From Escherichia phage vB_EcoM-813R9: 38,938 bases of DNA. How positions within the stretch are numbered: the first letter of the stretch is position 1; each line of letters opens with the position of its first letter. Shown here piece by piece: positions 18,629 to 27,789 of this stretch. The translations under genes were made by a program, and so were the position numbers. Location: sequence record ON470620.1, one strand, 5' to 3'. The notes beneath the pieces were generated by a model, which was given only the letters and a program-made list of their open reading frames with translations, did no database searches and had not been told where the DNA came from.

Positions 18629-19662
18629 TGGGAAAGAGTAAGAAGAACCGCGCTGCGGCGACGAAACAGATCCAGCTTAAAAGTCAAACTACAGCCGAAG
18701 CATTCAGCTTCGGCGATCCCGTTCCTGTTCTGGACCGCCGAGAACTGCTGGATTATGTGGAATGCGTACAGATGGACCGTTGGTATGAGCCGCCCGTCAG
18801 CTTTGACGGACTGGCGCGCACCTTCCGCGCTGCCGTGCATCACAGTTCCCCGATTGCAGTAAAGTGCAACATTCTGACCAGTACCTATATCCCTCACCCG
18901 CTGCTCAGCCAGCAGGCTTTTTCACGTTTTGTGCAGGACTACCTGGTATTTGGTAACGCCTACCTGGAGAAACGCACGAACCGCTTCGGTGAAGTTATCG
19001 CCCTTGAGCCTGCCCTGGCAAAATATACCCGACGCGGGTTAGACCTGGATACCTACTGGTTTGTGCAATACGGTATGACAACCCAGCCATATCAGTTCAC
19101 GAAAGGCAGCATTTTTCATCTGATGGAACCAGATATTAATCAGGAGATCTACGGCCTGCCCGGCTATCTTTCTGCCATCCCATCCGCTTTGCTCAACGAG
19201 TCCGCCACGCTGTTCCGCCGCAAATATTACATTAACGGTAGTCATGCAGGCTTCATCATGTACATGACCGATGCCGCGCAGAACCAGGAGGATGTGAACA
19301 ACCTCCGCAATGCGATGAAAAGCGCCAAAGGGCCGGGCAACTTCCGCAACTTGTTTATGTACTCACCCAACGGAAAGAAAGACGGGATTCAGATCATCCC
19401 GCTGTCAGAGGTGGCGGCAAAAGATGAGTTTCTTAACATCAAGAACGTGAGCCGGGATGACATGATGGCAGCGCACCGTGTACCGCCGCAGATGATGGGG
19501 ATTATGCCTAGTAATGTTGGCGGGTTTGGGGATGTTGAAAAGGCTAGTAAGGTTTTTGTCAGGAATGAGTTAATTCCGCTACAACACAGAATATCTGAAA
19601 TTAACTCATGGATTGGACTTAATGAAGAACTGGTTAAATTTACCTCATATGAATTAGATTAG
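18628..19662 (+). CDS. Q: Portal protein Q
   Basis: P2 gpQ-like (LDRRELLDYVEC, NESATLFRRKYY, GPGNFRNLF); ORF-track start 18625 is TTG, ATG at 18628; last ~40 codons AT-rich. Confidence 0.9.
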   Translation: MGKSKKNRAAATKQIQLKSQTTAEAFSFGDPVPVLDRRELLDYVECVQMDRWYEPPVSFDGLARTFRAAVHHSSPIAVKCNILTSTYIPHPLLSQQAFSRFVQDYLVFGNAYLEKRTNRFGEVIALEPALAKYTRRGLDLDTYWFVQYGMTTQPYQFTKGSIFHLMEPDINQEIYGLPGYLSAIPSALLNESATLFRRKYYINGSHAGFIMYMTDAAQNQEDVNNLRNAMKSAKGPGNFRNLFMYSPNGKKDGIQIIPLSEVAAKDEFLNIKNVSRDDMMAAHRVPPQMMGIMPSNVGGFGDVEKASKVFVRNELIPLQHRISEINSWIGLNEELVKFTSYELD

Positions 19663-19713
19663 GCATATAGAAATGCACCTAACATCGAAAGTGAGATTAG
19701 GTGCAAATAATAA

Positions 19714-20865
19714 TCAGCTTATTTGACCTAATAATTCTTCCGCATATTTTTTATCACTATCCATCCGTTGCTGAACAGCATCCCTAAGATGCTCTTTCAA
19801 CTTATCAGGATAATTTTTACATGCATCAATCAATTTTGTTCGTAAAAGCTTAGCACCATTTACAATGGTGGCATAAGCTAAAGCATCAGCTAACTCCTTA
19901 ACTTTCACATCATCAGTAATGATAGAAGGGATTGAAAAAACGTAATATTTCGCAACATAATTTTGCGTATACCAACTATCATATAACAATCCAATTAAAG
20001 CATCACCAAGATCACCTCTTCTTTTAAATTTGCTACCAAATGTATTACCCCATGTTCCTATAGCTCCTTTGGTCGCATCAGAATAGAAATCCAAATATCC
20101 TTTTTTGCACTCTTCGATGATTATATTTTCCATTCTAATTAAAACATCATCAGGAAGATTTCTCCATGCGCTCGGCTTAATTATTCTAAATACATTAGCA
20201 AACTCAACATTATTGCTAGCCTTGCGTAACTCATCACCTAGCAACCGCATTGCGGCTTTTTCTTCCTCTCCTGAAAAGCGTTGGTTTATTGCTTTGAATA
20301 TAGAATCAATTTCCTTGGTTGGCCTTTCATTAAAGCGAGAAATTAAACTTTGGAAAAAATCTAGTAGTTTTTTTTCTGGAATTTGTGATATTAAAGCTTC
20401 TGCATAATCAGAATTATTTACAAAGTGAACCTCATAAATTCTTTCAAGAATTGCTGTGTAATCGAACTCAGCAACATCTCTTTTTAAATACTTAATAAAA
20501 GTATCCAACATGATCAATATTCTCATGCAGGAATCTTCTGTATCAGGGAAATTGTCATGTGTCCTTGGATTTCTTATACACTGATAGTAGCCTCTTAATA
20601 GTGCTTCAAATCCGCGCTGTTCGTCCTGCTCTGATACAGATTGAAGACTATTAATTTGGATTCTAGGTGATTGTCCACCCAAAACAGTACCAACAAGCTG
20701 AGCCCCATCCCCTTCACATTGCCCTTTTTCACGCAGCAAAGTTGTTAGATATTTGGTTCCTGCAAGTATTGCATCCGAAAATTGGTTGTTTTCCAGCCTA
20801 TTACCAATCGCTTCAACTAATTCCGCATCGAAATTATTTGTATTAAAGTTATTTTTTACAAACAT
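19714..20865 (-). CDS. Accessory protein with N-terminal HEPN-like domain (TIGR02391/Hypoth_Ymh-type, Rx4H) and large uncharacterised C-terminal domain; candidate abortive-infection/defence effector
   Basis: 383 aa from the ATG after an aggggag RBS (ORF-track start is GTG at 20868); motif IRNPRTHD = R98-x4-H103 preceded by ..QRGFEALLRG..; AT-rich; occupies the Q-to-A accessory slot (old/tin position in P2). Confidence 0.6.
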   Translation of the reverse strand: MFVKNNFNTNNFDAELVEAIGNRLENNQFSDAILAGTKYLTTLLREKGQCEGDGAQLVGTVLGGQSPRIQINSLQSVSEQDEQRGFEALLRGYYQCIRNPRTHDNFPDTEDSCMRILIMLDTFIKYLKRDVAEFDYTAILERIYEVHFVNNSDYAEALISQIPEKKLLDFFQSLISRFNERPTKEIDSIFKAINQRFSGEEEKAAMRLLGDELRKASNNVEFANVFRIIKPSAWRNLPDDVLIRMENIIIEECKKGYLDFYSDATKGAIGTWGNTFGSKFKRRGDLGDALIGLLYDSWYTQNYVAKYYVFSIPSIITDDVKVKELADALAYATIVNGAKLLRTKLIDACKNYPDKLKEHLRDAVQQRMDSDKKYAEELLGQIS

Positions 20866-20950
20866 CACACTCCCCTTTTTTTGAAAGGGTATTGTATTGA
20901 ACCTTGTTAAGATTTCTCAGATAAGTATCACACTATCTCAAGTTGCGCGC

Positions 20951-20970
20951 GCTCGTATCCCCGCCACGCC
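20951..20970. other. Candidate cos (cohesive end) core
   Basis: Reverse complement reads ggcgtggcggggatacgagc, resembling the GC-rich 19-nt cohesive ends of P2/186-type phages (recalled, not aligned). Confidence 0.35.
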
Positions 20971-21019
20971 TGCCCGCTTTATGTAGTGGTTTTCATGCAC
21001 CTGCATGATCTACGCAAAA

Positions 21020-21039
21020 GCCCGCCAGTTCTGGCGGGC
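21020..21039 (-). terminator. Rho-independent terminator ending the early (A) operon
   Basis: Inverted repeat gcccgccag..ctggcgggc followed on the minus strand by a U-run (ttttgcgta). Confidence 0.5.
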
Positions 21040-21174
21040 CTTAGCAAAAACGATCCTCAAACGATCATGCGATCTCATGCGGCATAGACATGCACTACAG
21101 AGCTAACGCCTCGCAAGGGCTCGTTGTTCAACCTTGCTGACGCCAGAAGCAAGTTCAGACGCCAGCAACGTTTC

Positions 21175-21408
21175 TTAATGCAGCCAGCTGTCGTCTTCCC
21201 ACACCTTCTGCATAATTTTCATCACTTGTTTTCTTTCTTCGTCCAGTTGCAGTCCGGTTAGTTCCACACCGTTAGAGCTACCTTTGCGAATGCGAATTAC
21301 CGTTTTGGGATACAGGGGGCGCAGATTGCGGTAAAGCTCGGATTCAAGGGCGTCCAGGGTAGACTGGCTAATCTTCTGCTCTTTATCGATCATTATTTCA
21401 ATGCGCAT
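21175..21408 (-). CDS. DinI-family protein (Tum/antirepressor-like SOS module component)
   Basis: MRIEIMIDKEQ...ELTGLQLDEERKQVMKIMQKVWEDDSWL resembles E. coli DinI over its whole length; RBS gaggtg. Confidence 0.7.
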   Translation of the reverse strand: MRIEIMIDKEQKISQSTLDALESELYRNLRPLYPKTVIRIRKGSSNGVELTGLQLDEERKQVMKIMQKVWEDDSWLH

Positions 21409-21418
21409 AAAAGTCACC

Positions 21419-21607
21419 TCAGCTGATGACATCCATTGAGCGGTTGTATTCGTGGGTTCTGATTTTTGCCATGAGTTCATCAGTCAATTCAGAAACCCAC
21501 TGCAGAGCCAGCCCCTTCTCTTCATCACTACACTCACTAGCCGCTACAAGCTTAAGAAAAAAATCAATGCGCTGGAGCTTCAAAGACTCCAAAAAATAGT
21601 CCTGCAT
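21419..21607 (-). CDS. Hypothetical small protein, first gene of the LexA-box-controlled operon
   Basis: 62-aa ORF from an ATG with a strong aggagga RBS, directly downstream of a LexA box. Confidence 0.5.
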   Translation of the reverse strand: MQDYFLESLKLQRIDFFLKLVAASECSDEEKGLALQWVSELTDELMAKIRTHEYNRSMDVIS

Positions 21608-21650
21608 CTTTCCTCCTATGACACCACACGCAATACTGTACGCATAACCA

Positions 21651-21666
21651 CTGTTTATATTTACAG
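21651..21666. promoter_or_regulatory. LexA box (SOS operator)
   Basis: Perfect CTGT-N8-ACAG with AT-rich spacer (ctgtttatatttacag) upstream of the orf62/DinI-like operon. Confidence 0.6.
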
Positions 21667-21760
21667 TATATAATAATCTTACTGATGTAAAACGTTTTTT
21701 TACGTTCATCAGCCTGATATGCCTGGTATTATAAAGAGCACGAATTGTTAACCCGCGTAA

Positions 21761-24172
21761 TTAATACAGGTTCCGCCACTGATCATCTTCTTGCAAACGC
21801 TGGTTCCGATAGAAGATACGCAGGCCTGCTCCTGACGGAATACTGCCTCCGCGAAGGAGTAAATCGACCTCTTTCTCGCTGCCATCAAATCCTCTGGACT
21901 TCAGCTCATACACGAGCTGCAGTCGCTGATGGTCTGTAATTCGCTGTTTGTAGTCTTTACGCCGTTTCGGTTTCACCAGGCGTAACCTTGCAGCCAGTTC
22001 CCGGCGCTCTTTTTTGTTCATACTGTGCAGGTAATCGTGCAACTCCTTGTCATCCATGCTGGTAATGTCCGTTCTGGGGTCCCCATCAGCTGATTTATCT
22101 TTCTCCTGTTGGTTCAAATTTTCAGCAAGGGGACAGTTATTGCCACGAGTCCAAGGGGCGCAAGCGCCCTGGGCTGCCGCCTCCTGAACGTCAACGGCTT
22201 TACGAACCATTTTCCACTTCACTGCATGAGTGCAGATCTTGCCCTCTGCAATGGGTGACCAGATGCCATAAATACGAATGCCGTGATCGCCATAGGCGGT
22301 CGGCTCTTCGTTGATTTCATAAGCGGTTCTGATGAGGTGATATTTACGGGGAACCAGTACGCCGCCCTGCTTCATGATGTAGGTGGCAAAACAACCAGCA
22401 TCAGCAGCAGCCAGAATGGCATCAAGACGCGGGTTATCCAGTACCGGCGCACCTGCTTTTTTGTCACCCTGTTGCCTTGCCGCCTGACCAGCCAGCAAGC
22501 GAAGTTCACGGTAAGCCTGACGCCCCGGAATACCAAAGAAGCGGAATTGCTGAACACGATGCAGAGACGCCCAGGCATTCACGTATTCAGCGTTATCACG
22601 CAGAGATTTACCCGTTTCCTTGCTGATCTCGCCAGCCAGACCACGACCGTCAATGTTCTTACTGATATATTTCGCGATGTAGCTTGTCGGCGTTCCTTTG
22701 CGCGGGTTAATCAACTCAGACTTAAAGCGCGGCCCAGTGTTATTGCCCAGCTCCTCGCGGTCTTCACGGATGGCAAACTTACGCAGTAATGCAGTGATGG
22801 CACGGCGGTCTTTTTTGCGCATGAAACACAACAGGTGCCAGTGAACTGTGCCATCATGATGCGGCTCAGCCACCCGCACGCCATACCAGCGCAACCCGGC
22901 TTTGTGCATCGCCTTACGAAATGCAGCAAACATGCCGACCAGATAATCGCTGCTTTGTCTTACCGTCGCGTTTGTCCAGGTCGGGTTTGGTCTGCCGTTA
23001 TTTAGCGTGGAATGGAAACGCGACGGACAGGTGATAGTGTAGAAAACGGCGCAGTCACCGCGCATTTCCGCGATAAGCTCCAGACCTTTAACACAGGCCA
23101 TCATCTCATTGCGGCGATGCGCAGGGTTGCTGCTGCTGGCGTTTACCACATCCTCCATGTCCAGCGTGTCGCCGTCTTCGTTCACCAGTTCATGAGAACG
23201 GAAAAACTCCAGCGACTTACGGCGCTGCTCACGTTTATGCATCACGGCTTCATAGCTGACATAAGGAGATGCTTTTTTGCTGACCAGGCAAACAGCGCGC
23301 AACTGCTCTTCCCGCCATTCGCAACGCATCTTCCATAATTTCCGATACCACCAGTCGGCGCACAACATACGCGCCAGCGAACCCGGAATGAGTTCATAGG
23401 GCACGGGTTTACGGCGGTTTCTTTTCCGACGGAGTTGCTCAAACGCAGGTGGGATGACATCCAGACGCAGGGTTTCCGCTGCCACCTTTTCCCATGTCTT
23501 GCGGATTTCTTCTGGCTTAACGTCATCGGTGGCATACAAATCACCACAAGCTGCATCAAGGCACATACTCATATGCGCAGCTACCAGGGTGGACAGGCGT
23601 TTCACCTGATCCTGACTCATTTCAGGCAGGATCAGCAGGCCGTCCAGCCCTTCATGGCTTGCCATAAAGCGAAAAGATGCAGATAGCTGACTGTCGCGTA
23701 CATGCTCCAGTCGTTCCAGACATGGCTTAATCGTCTCACGTAAATAGCGGGAATAAGCCTTTGGCCTGCCCAGGCTGCTGAAGTATTCAATACGTTGCAT
23801 CAGCGGCTTGCTGATATTGGAAGGCTGGGCGTTGACGTCCGCCAGAATGACCATGTCTGAATTAAAACGCTGCTGCTCATGCGCCAGCTTTGCCCGGCTA
23901 ATGAGCTTATCCTGCTCCATTTCGCGCTGGACAGGATCACGTGATTCATTAAAGAAATAACGCTCCCAGACCTGATCACTCAGTGCCTCGCGGCGCAACT
24001 GTTCCTGCTCGTTATCGGCAGCGTACAGAGTGATCAGGTTTGAAAGCGTAGAAACCGGCGCAACTTCCGCCGGGTCCAGATAAGGGTTAATGGCCTTTTT
24101 CGGGCTGTTCCATGAGAATGCTGCGGCAGCCTCGTTAAAGCCGCAGCACTTGTTCATATCGGCATGACTCAT
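21761..24172 (-). CDS. A: Rolling-circle replication initiation protein A
   Basis: 803-aa ORF with HUH motif (TVHWHLLCF) and catalytic tyrosine region ([14 protein letters not shown]); P2/186 gene A position. Confidence 0.9.
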   Translation of the reverse strand: MSHADMNKCCGFNEAAAAFSWNSPKKAINPYLDPAEVAPVSTLSNLITLYAADNEQEQLRREALSDQVWERYFFNESRDPVQREMEQDKLISRAKLAHEQQRFNSDMVILADVNAQPSNISKPLMQRIEYFSSLGRPKAYSRYLRETIKPCLERLEHVRDSQLSASFRFMASHEGLDGLLILPEMSQDQVKRLSTLVAAHMSMCLDAACGDLYATDDVKPEEIRKTWEKVAAETLRLDVIPPAFEQLRRKRNRRKPVPYELIPGSLARMLCADWWYRKLWKMRCEWREEQLRAVCLVSKKASPYVSYEAVMHKREQRRKSLEFFRSHELVNEDGDTLDMEDVVNASSSNPAHRRNEMMACVKGLELIAEMRGDCAVFYTITCPSRFHSTLNNGRPNPTWTNATVRQSSDYLVGMFAAFRKAMHKAGLRWYGVRVAEPHHDGTVHWHLLCFMRKKDRRAITALLRKFAIREDREELGNNTGPRFKSELINPRKGTPTSYIAKYISKNIDGRGLAGEISKETGKSLRDNAEYVNAWASLHRVQQFRFFGIPGRQAYRELRLLAGQAARQQGDKKAGAPVLDNPRLDAILAAADAGCFATYIMKQGGVLVPRKYHLIRTAYEINEEPTAYGDHGIRIYGIWSPIAEGKICTHAVKWKMVRKAVDVQEAAAQGACAPWTRGNNCPLAENLNQQEKDKSADGDPRTDITSMDDKELHDYLHSMNKKERRELAARLRLVKPKRRKDYKQRITDHQRLQLVYELKSRGFDGSEKEVDLLLRGGSIPSGAGLRIFYRNQRLQEDDQWRNLY

Positions 24173-25026
24173 GCACGTACTCCGTACACGGCAGAACTAT
24201 CCACGCCACGCGAATAATCAAATCCCATCCAGCAGCGCGGCCCGGAAACAGCAATGATTTCTGTTGCTGATTTACCCTCGCCAGCTGCCACACCGATGCT
24301 GCGTTTTACCTTGATATAGTGGTGAGTAAAATTGCGATACAGCGAACGGATCAGGGATGTGTCACTGTTAGAAACAATGACCGGATGTCCTTCTGATGAC
24401 CGATGTTCAAGAACGGATGCCAGGTGATACTGGTCATCTTCAGTGAAACCATCAGTGTGATAGCCGGAAAACGTACCGTCATATGGCGGATCGCAATACA
24501 CCACATCTCCCGCCTTCAACATCGCCAGCGTTTCATCAAAGCTGGCGCAGATAAACGTTGCTCGCTGGGCTTTTTCTGCAAATGTGCGAAGTTCTTTTTC
24601 AGGGAAATACGGATTTTTATAATTACCGTAGGGAATGTTGAAATGCCCGCTCTTGTTATAGCGACATAAACCACGGTAACCGTGACGATTGAGATACAGG
24701 AAATATACCGCTTTCATGAAATCAGTAATTTCAGTTGAGCAGTTAAACTCCTGCCTTATGTTGTAATAAGCCACCTCCCTGTTTGCGATCTCAAATAAAA
24801 CTCTGGCGCGAGATATAAACGATTCACAATCAGCGGCAACCTTTTTATAGAGGTTGATTAAATCAGGATTAATATCCGCAACCAGATAGCTGGGATAATC
24901 CGTTTCCATCATCACAGCACAGGAACCCGCGAAAGGTTCAACCAGTCGCGGGCCAGCAGGAAGGTATTTTTTCAGTTCTGGCATAATGGCGGTTTTATTT
25001 CCCGCCCATTTCAGGATAGTGCTCAT
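24169..25026 (-). CDS. DNA adenine methyltransferase (Dam-like)
   Basis: [11 protein letters not shown].. N-terminus, AdoMet motif EPFAGS, catalytic DPPY; stop overlaps gene A start. Confidence 0.85.
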   Translation of the reverse strand: MSTILKWAGNKTAIMPELKKYLPAGPRLVEPFAGSCAVMMETDYPSYLVADINPDLINLYKKVAADCESFISRARVLFEIANREVAYYNIRQEFNCSTEITDFMKAVYFLYLNRHGYRGLCRYNKSGHFNIPYGNYKNPYFPEKELRTFAEKAQRATFICASFDETLAMLKAGDVVYCDPPYDGTFSGYHTDGFTEDDQYHLASVLEHRSSEGHPVIVSNSDTSLIRSLYRNFTHHYIKVKRSIGVAAGEGKSATEIIAVSGPRCWMGFDYSRGVDSSAVYGVRA

Positions 25027-25250
25027 ACAGCACCTCCGTTGTAATGTTTGCCTTTCAGTTCTGCGATTTCCTGACAGGTAATGCAAAGCTGCACTCCCGG
25101 AATGGCGCGGCGTCGTGCTGGCGGAATTGGCGCTTCACATTCAATGCAAAGTACGCGTGACACGCCCGGTGATTTGGCACGGGCTGCACGGATATGGCGC
25201 TGGCGTTCTTCTTCAACGCGCTGCTGTACGAGATCCATTGCATCAGCCAT
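25023..25250 (-). CDS. TraR/DksA-family C4 zinc-finger protein
   Basis: 75 aa with CIECEA...CITCQ four-Cys finger typical of phage TraR-like proteins. Confidence 0.75.
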   Translation of the reverse strand: MADAMDLVQQRVEEERQRHIRAARAKSPGVSRVLCIECEAPIPPARRRAIPGVQLCITCQEIAELKGKHYNGGAV

Positions 25251-25483
25251 TAGTGGATCTCCTGCGCTTCGTTCTGGATTGCTTCAGCAGTCACGCGCAG
25301 CAGTTCTGCCGCTTCCACGTGGTTTAGCTGGCGGGATGAGATATGACACGCCAGGCTATCAAGGCGAGCAGCCATTGCTTCAGCCCTTGCCCGGCGTTCT
25401 TCCAGACGAGCCTCTGTCAGTAAAATATTAAGCCCTGCGTCATCCGGTCCGGTTTTAGTCGTGAGGGTTTCAATATTACGCAT
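25250..25483 (-). CDS. Hypothetical early protein
   Basis: 77 aa from ATG preceded by aggaga RBS (ORF-track start is TTG two codons upstream). Confidence 0.55.
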   Translation of the reverse strand: MRNIETLTTKTGPDDAGLNILLTEARLEERRARAEAMAARLDSLACHISSRQLNHVEAAELLRVTAEAIQNEAQEIH

Positions 25484-25550
25484 AATCAATTCTCCTGAAT
25501 TTAGATAAAGGGATGCCCGGCGGGTTTACGCCATTAATTTCATTAGTTGG

Positions 25551-25892
25551 TTAATTCGGCATGGTTAGCCGTCTGGGAAATAAGCTCACCACTGCACGAA
25601 AATGATTCATTGCTTTAATCAGCTCCCGCTTTTCGTCAGTGGTCAGCTCATTAATGCTGATGCTATGACGTTCAGCTGGAATTTTTGCCATAAAGAATAT
25701 GGCAGCCAGTGCCCGTTTATTTTGTTCATTATTGATATCCCGTGGATCACGCATATCTTTAATAAACCGCTCAAGCTCTGACTCAATATTCAGGCCAAAA
25801 ACTTTCGCCCTTAACTCCGCAATGTGATTAAGTCCATTCAGGCGTTCACCGGGGCTTAATGGAACAGTTGCTGCAGCGCCATTAATTGCCAT
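25551..25892 (-). CDS. Hypothetical early protein
   Basis: 113-aa ORF in the early operon between cII and A. Confidence 0.5.
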   Translation of the reverse strand: MAINGAAATVPLSPGERLNGLNHIAELRAKVFGLNIESELERFIKDMRDPRDINNEQNKRALAAIFFMAKIPAERHSISINELTTDEKRELIKAMNHFRAVVSLFPRRLTMPN

Positions 25893-25914
25893 ACTTCATA
25901 TCCCCCAAACGCAG

Positions 25915-26139
25915 CTATCGTTCTTTGTTCTTACGGTAACGCTCAAGAGGAGATACATTTTTTCGTATCGTCTCTTTAACCTGCTCTCCCCGTAAAAACG
26001 TCCCATCCTTTAACGTGAAAAAGTAACTGCCATCGCCCGACAATGACGGATAGCAACAGAGCAAATCATCTTCAGGTACTGAATAACTCTCCCCTCTGTA
26101 ACGAAACTGATAAACCACTTCACTTTCTGCCGCATACAT
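25915..26139 (-). CDS. Hypothetical small early protein
   Basis: 74-aa ORF with ggaga RBS. Confidence 0.5.
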   Translation of the reverse strand: MYAAESEVVYQFRYRGESYSVPEDDLLCCYPSLSGDGSYFFTLKDGTFLRGEQVKETIRKNVSPLERYRKNKER

Positions 26140-26306
26140 TTGGACTTTCTCCGTTTCCTCGTGGTCAATTCAGACAGCAATTCATCTTGTGAATGACATG
26201 GATGCCAGCGTTTTCCATCCTCACCCGTGATCCAGCCGTGACCGTAGTGCATTGCCGGGCTTTGTTTTACCAGCAGCGATGCAAATGATGGTTCTTTCGT
26301 CAGCAT
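26010..26306 (-). CDS. Hypothetical early protein; extent uncertain, overlaps next ORF out of frame
   Basis: Start with gaggtg RBS directly after cII; C-terminal third looks non-protein-like. Confidence 0.3.
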   Translation of the reverse strand: MLTKEPSFASLLVKQSPAMHYGHGWITGEDGKRWHPCHSQDELLSELTTRKRRKSKCMRQKVKWFISFVTEGRVIQYLKMICSVAIRHCRAMAVTFSR

Positions 26307-26313
26307 AAACACC

Positions 26314-26823
26314 TCACAGCAAACCGAATGAAGCACCAAGGCCAGTCATGGTATCAACTGCACTCGCCATCGCAGGATTAGCCTGTAAACGGGCTTGCAA
26401 TGAAACAGCAGCCAGCGCCATCAGTCGTGTTACAGAGTTAATGCTGCTGATAGCATCACGACGACCGGCACTAGTTTTTACATCACCAGATACCGCACCT
26501 GCTGCAACACGCCCGATCTCTGCAGTTGCGCTCATGACGTAATGCGGCAGTTTCTCTTTTGCTACCTCATTAATCGGTACACATGGCAGACAATGAATCT
26601 GTGCCAGAAAACCATCTACCAACGTTGAATCTTCAGTCAGATCGGTAAGCAGCCAGATTTCTGGTGCGGTTAATAAATGAGGTTGAGCTGGGTTCAGCTT
26701 GTTCCGCAGAATCTGCACATTCATGCCCGCACGTTCTGCCAGTTGCACCAGATTGTGGCGCAGTGCGAATGCACGACAGGCTTCATCAAAATGTGGATGT
26801 TTGGAAACTTGGTAATCAAACAT
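26314..26823 (-). CDS. cII: CII-like transcriptional activator (phage 186 type)
   Basis: [33 protein letters not shown]..; helix-turn-helix N-terminus; position after apl. Confidence 0.8.
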   Translation of the reverse strand: MFDYQVSKHPHFDEACRAFALRHNLVQLAERAGMNVQILRNKLNPAQPHLLTAPEIWLLTDLTEDSTLVDGFLAQIHCLPCVPINEVAKEKLPHYVMSATAEIGRVAAGAVSGDVKTSAGRRDAISSINSVTRLMALAAVSLQARLQANPAMASAVDTMTGLGASFGLL

Positions 26824-26855
26824 GGTCGACACCTCTGATGTATCCCAAAATGGAA

Positions 26856-27077
26856 CTAGTTGAATACAACATTGCAATCAGTAAGTGCATCAACGGTAAG
26901 AGCAGCAAGGTTGATCATTACCTTTTCTCTTTTCTTGTCTTTACGAAGACGATGCCGAGGAATGCGACCATCCGCCAACATATCGTTGATTGTGTCGATT
27001 GAAAGACCAGTAAGTTCGCTATAACGCTCGATTGTGACGTGTGGCGTATTCAGAGTTATTGAAATGTTAGGGGTCAT
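26856..27077 (-). CDS. apl: Apl-like excisionase/transcriptional regulator (Cox analogue)
   Basis: ORF 26856..27194 trimmed to [33 protein letters not shown]..; first gene of the lytic operon facing cI. Confidence 0.75.
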   Translation of the reverse strand: MTPNISITLNTPHVTIERYSELTGLSIDTINDMLADGRIPRHRLRKDKKREKVMINLAALTVDALTDCNVVFN

Positions 27078-27127
27078 GATGCAACATCTCCTATTGGCTT
27101 GTGGTGAGCCTGTAGTAATCGTGACAA

Positions 27128-27143
27128 GTACCCAATTGGGTAC
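27128..27143. promoter_or_regulatory. Candidate repressor operator (perfect 16-bp palindrome) in the apl/cI switch region
   Basis: gtacccaattgggtac between the divergent apl and cI starts. Confidence 0.45.
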
Positions 27144-27172
27144 AAAACTGATACTAGGATCGCAAAAGAGAT

Positions 27173-27769
27173 ATGTCAACATCAAAGTACCCAAGTGAGA
27201 TCAAAATAAATCCCAATAAAGGTGGTAAGGCTGCGATTGAGCGATTAGTCGAAGCCTATGGCTTTACGACACGACAGGCTTTAGCTGATCACTTGGAAGT
27301 ATCAAAAAGCACACTAGCGAACAGGTATTTGCGGGATACATTTCCTGCTGACTGGATAATCCAATGTGCTCTTGAAACAGGAACCTCCCTCAAATGGTTA
27401 ACTACCGGACAAGGCCTTAAGCAAAGCTCGCTGACAGCAGCTACAGAAGAGCTTGTTAAGTTTCGCCTTGCCGCAGGCAAAATGATTGAAGACGGTTCAT
27501 ATGTCTTCGATTCATCATTTCTTCCTGCAAACCTTTCATCACCAATTGTTGTTCAGGATGGACTCGTCACATACATTTGTGATCAAAAATTTTCTGAAGT
27601 ACTTGATGGAAACTGGTTAATCAATATCGACGGAACCTATTCCATTCGAAAAATCACAAGGCTTCCTAAAGGAATGATTAAAATTACAACAGCAGAGAAT
27701 AGCTTTGAATGTGCATTTTCTGATATTGAAGTGGTTGCTTGTATAAGAAGTACAATAGTCTCGAATTAA
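27173..27769 (+). CDS. cI: CI immunity repressor (phage 186 type)
   Basis: 198-aa ORF with shared motifs ..AYGF.., ..LANRY.., ..CALETG..L.WL.TG.G; transcribed toward int. Confidence 0.8.
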   Translation: MSTSKYPSEIKINPNKGGKAAIERLVEAYGFTTRQALADHLEVSKSTLANRYLRDTFPADWIIQCALETGTSLKWLTTGQGLKQSSLTAATEELVKFRLAAGKMIEDGSYVFDSSFLPANLSSPIVVQDGLVTYICDQKFSEVLDGNWLINIDGTYSIRKITRLPKGMIKITTAENSFECAFSDIEVVACIRSTIVSN

Positions 27770-27789
27770 TATAGTAAAAGGATTTTAAA

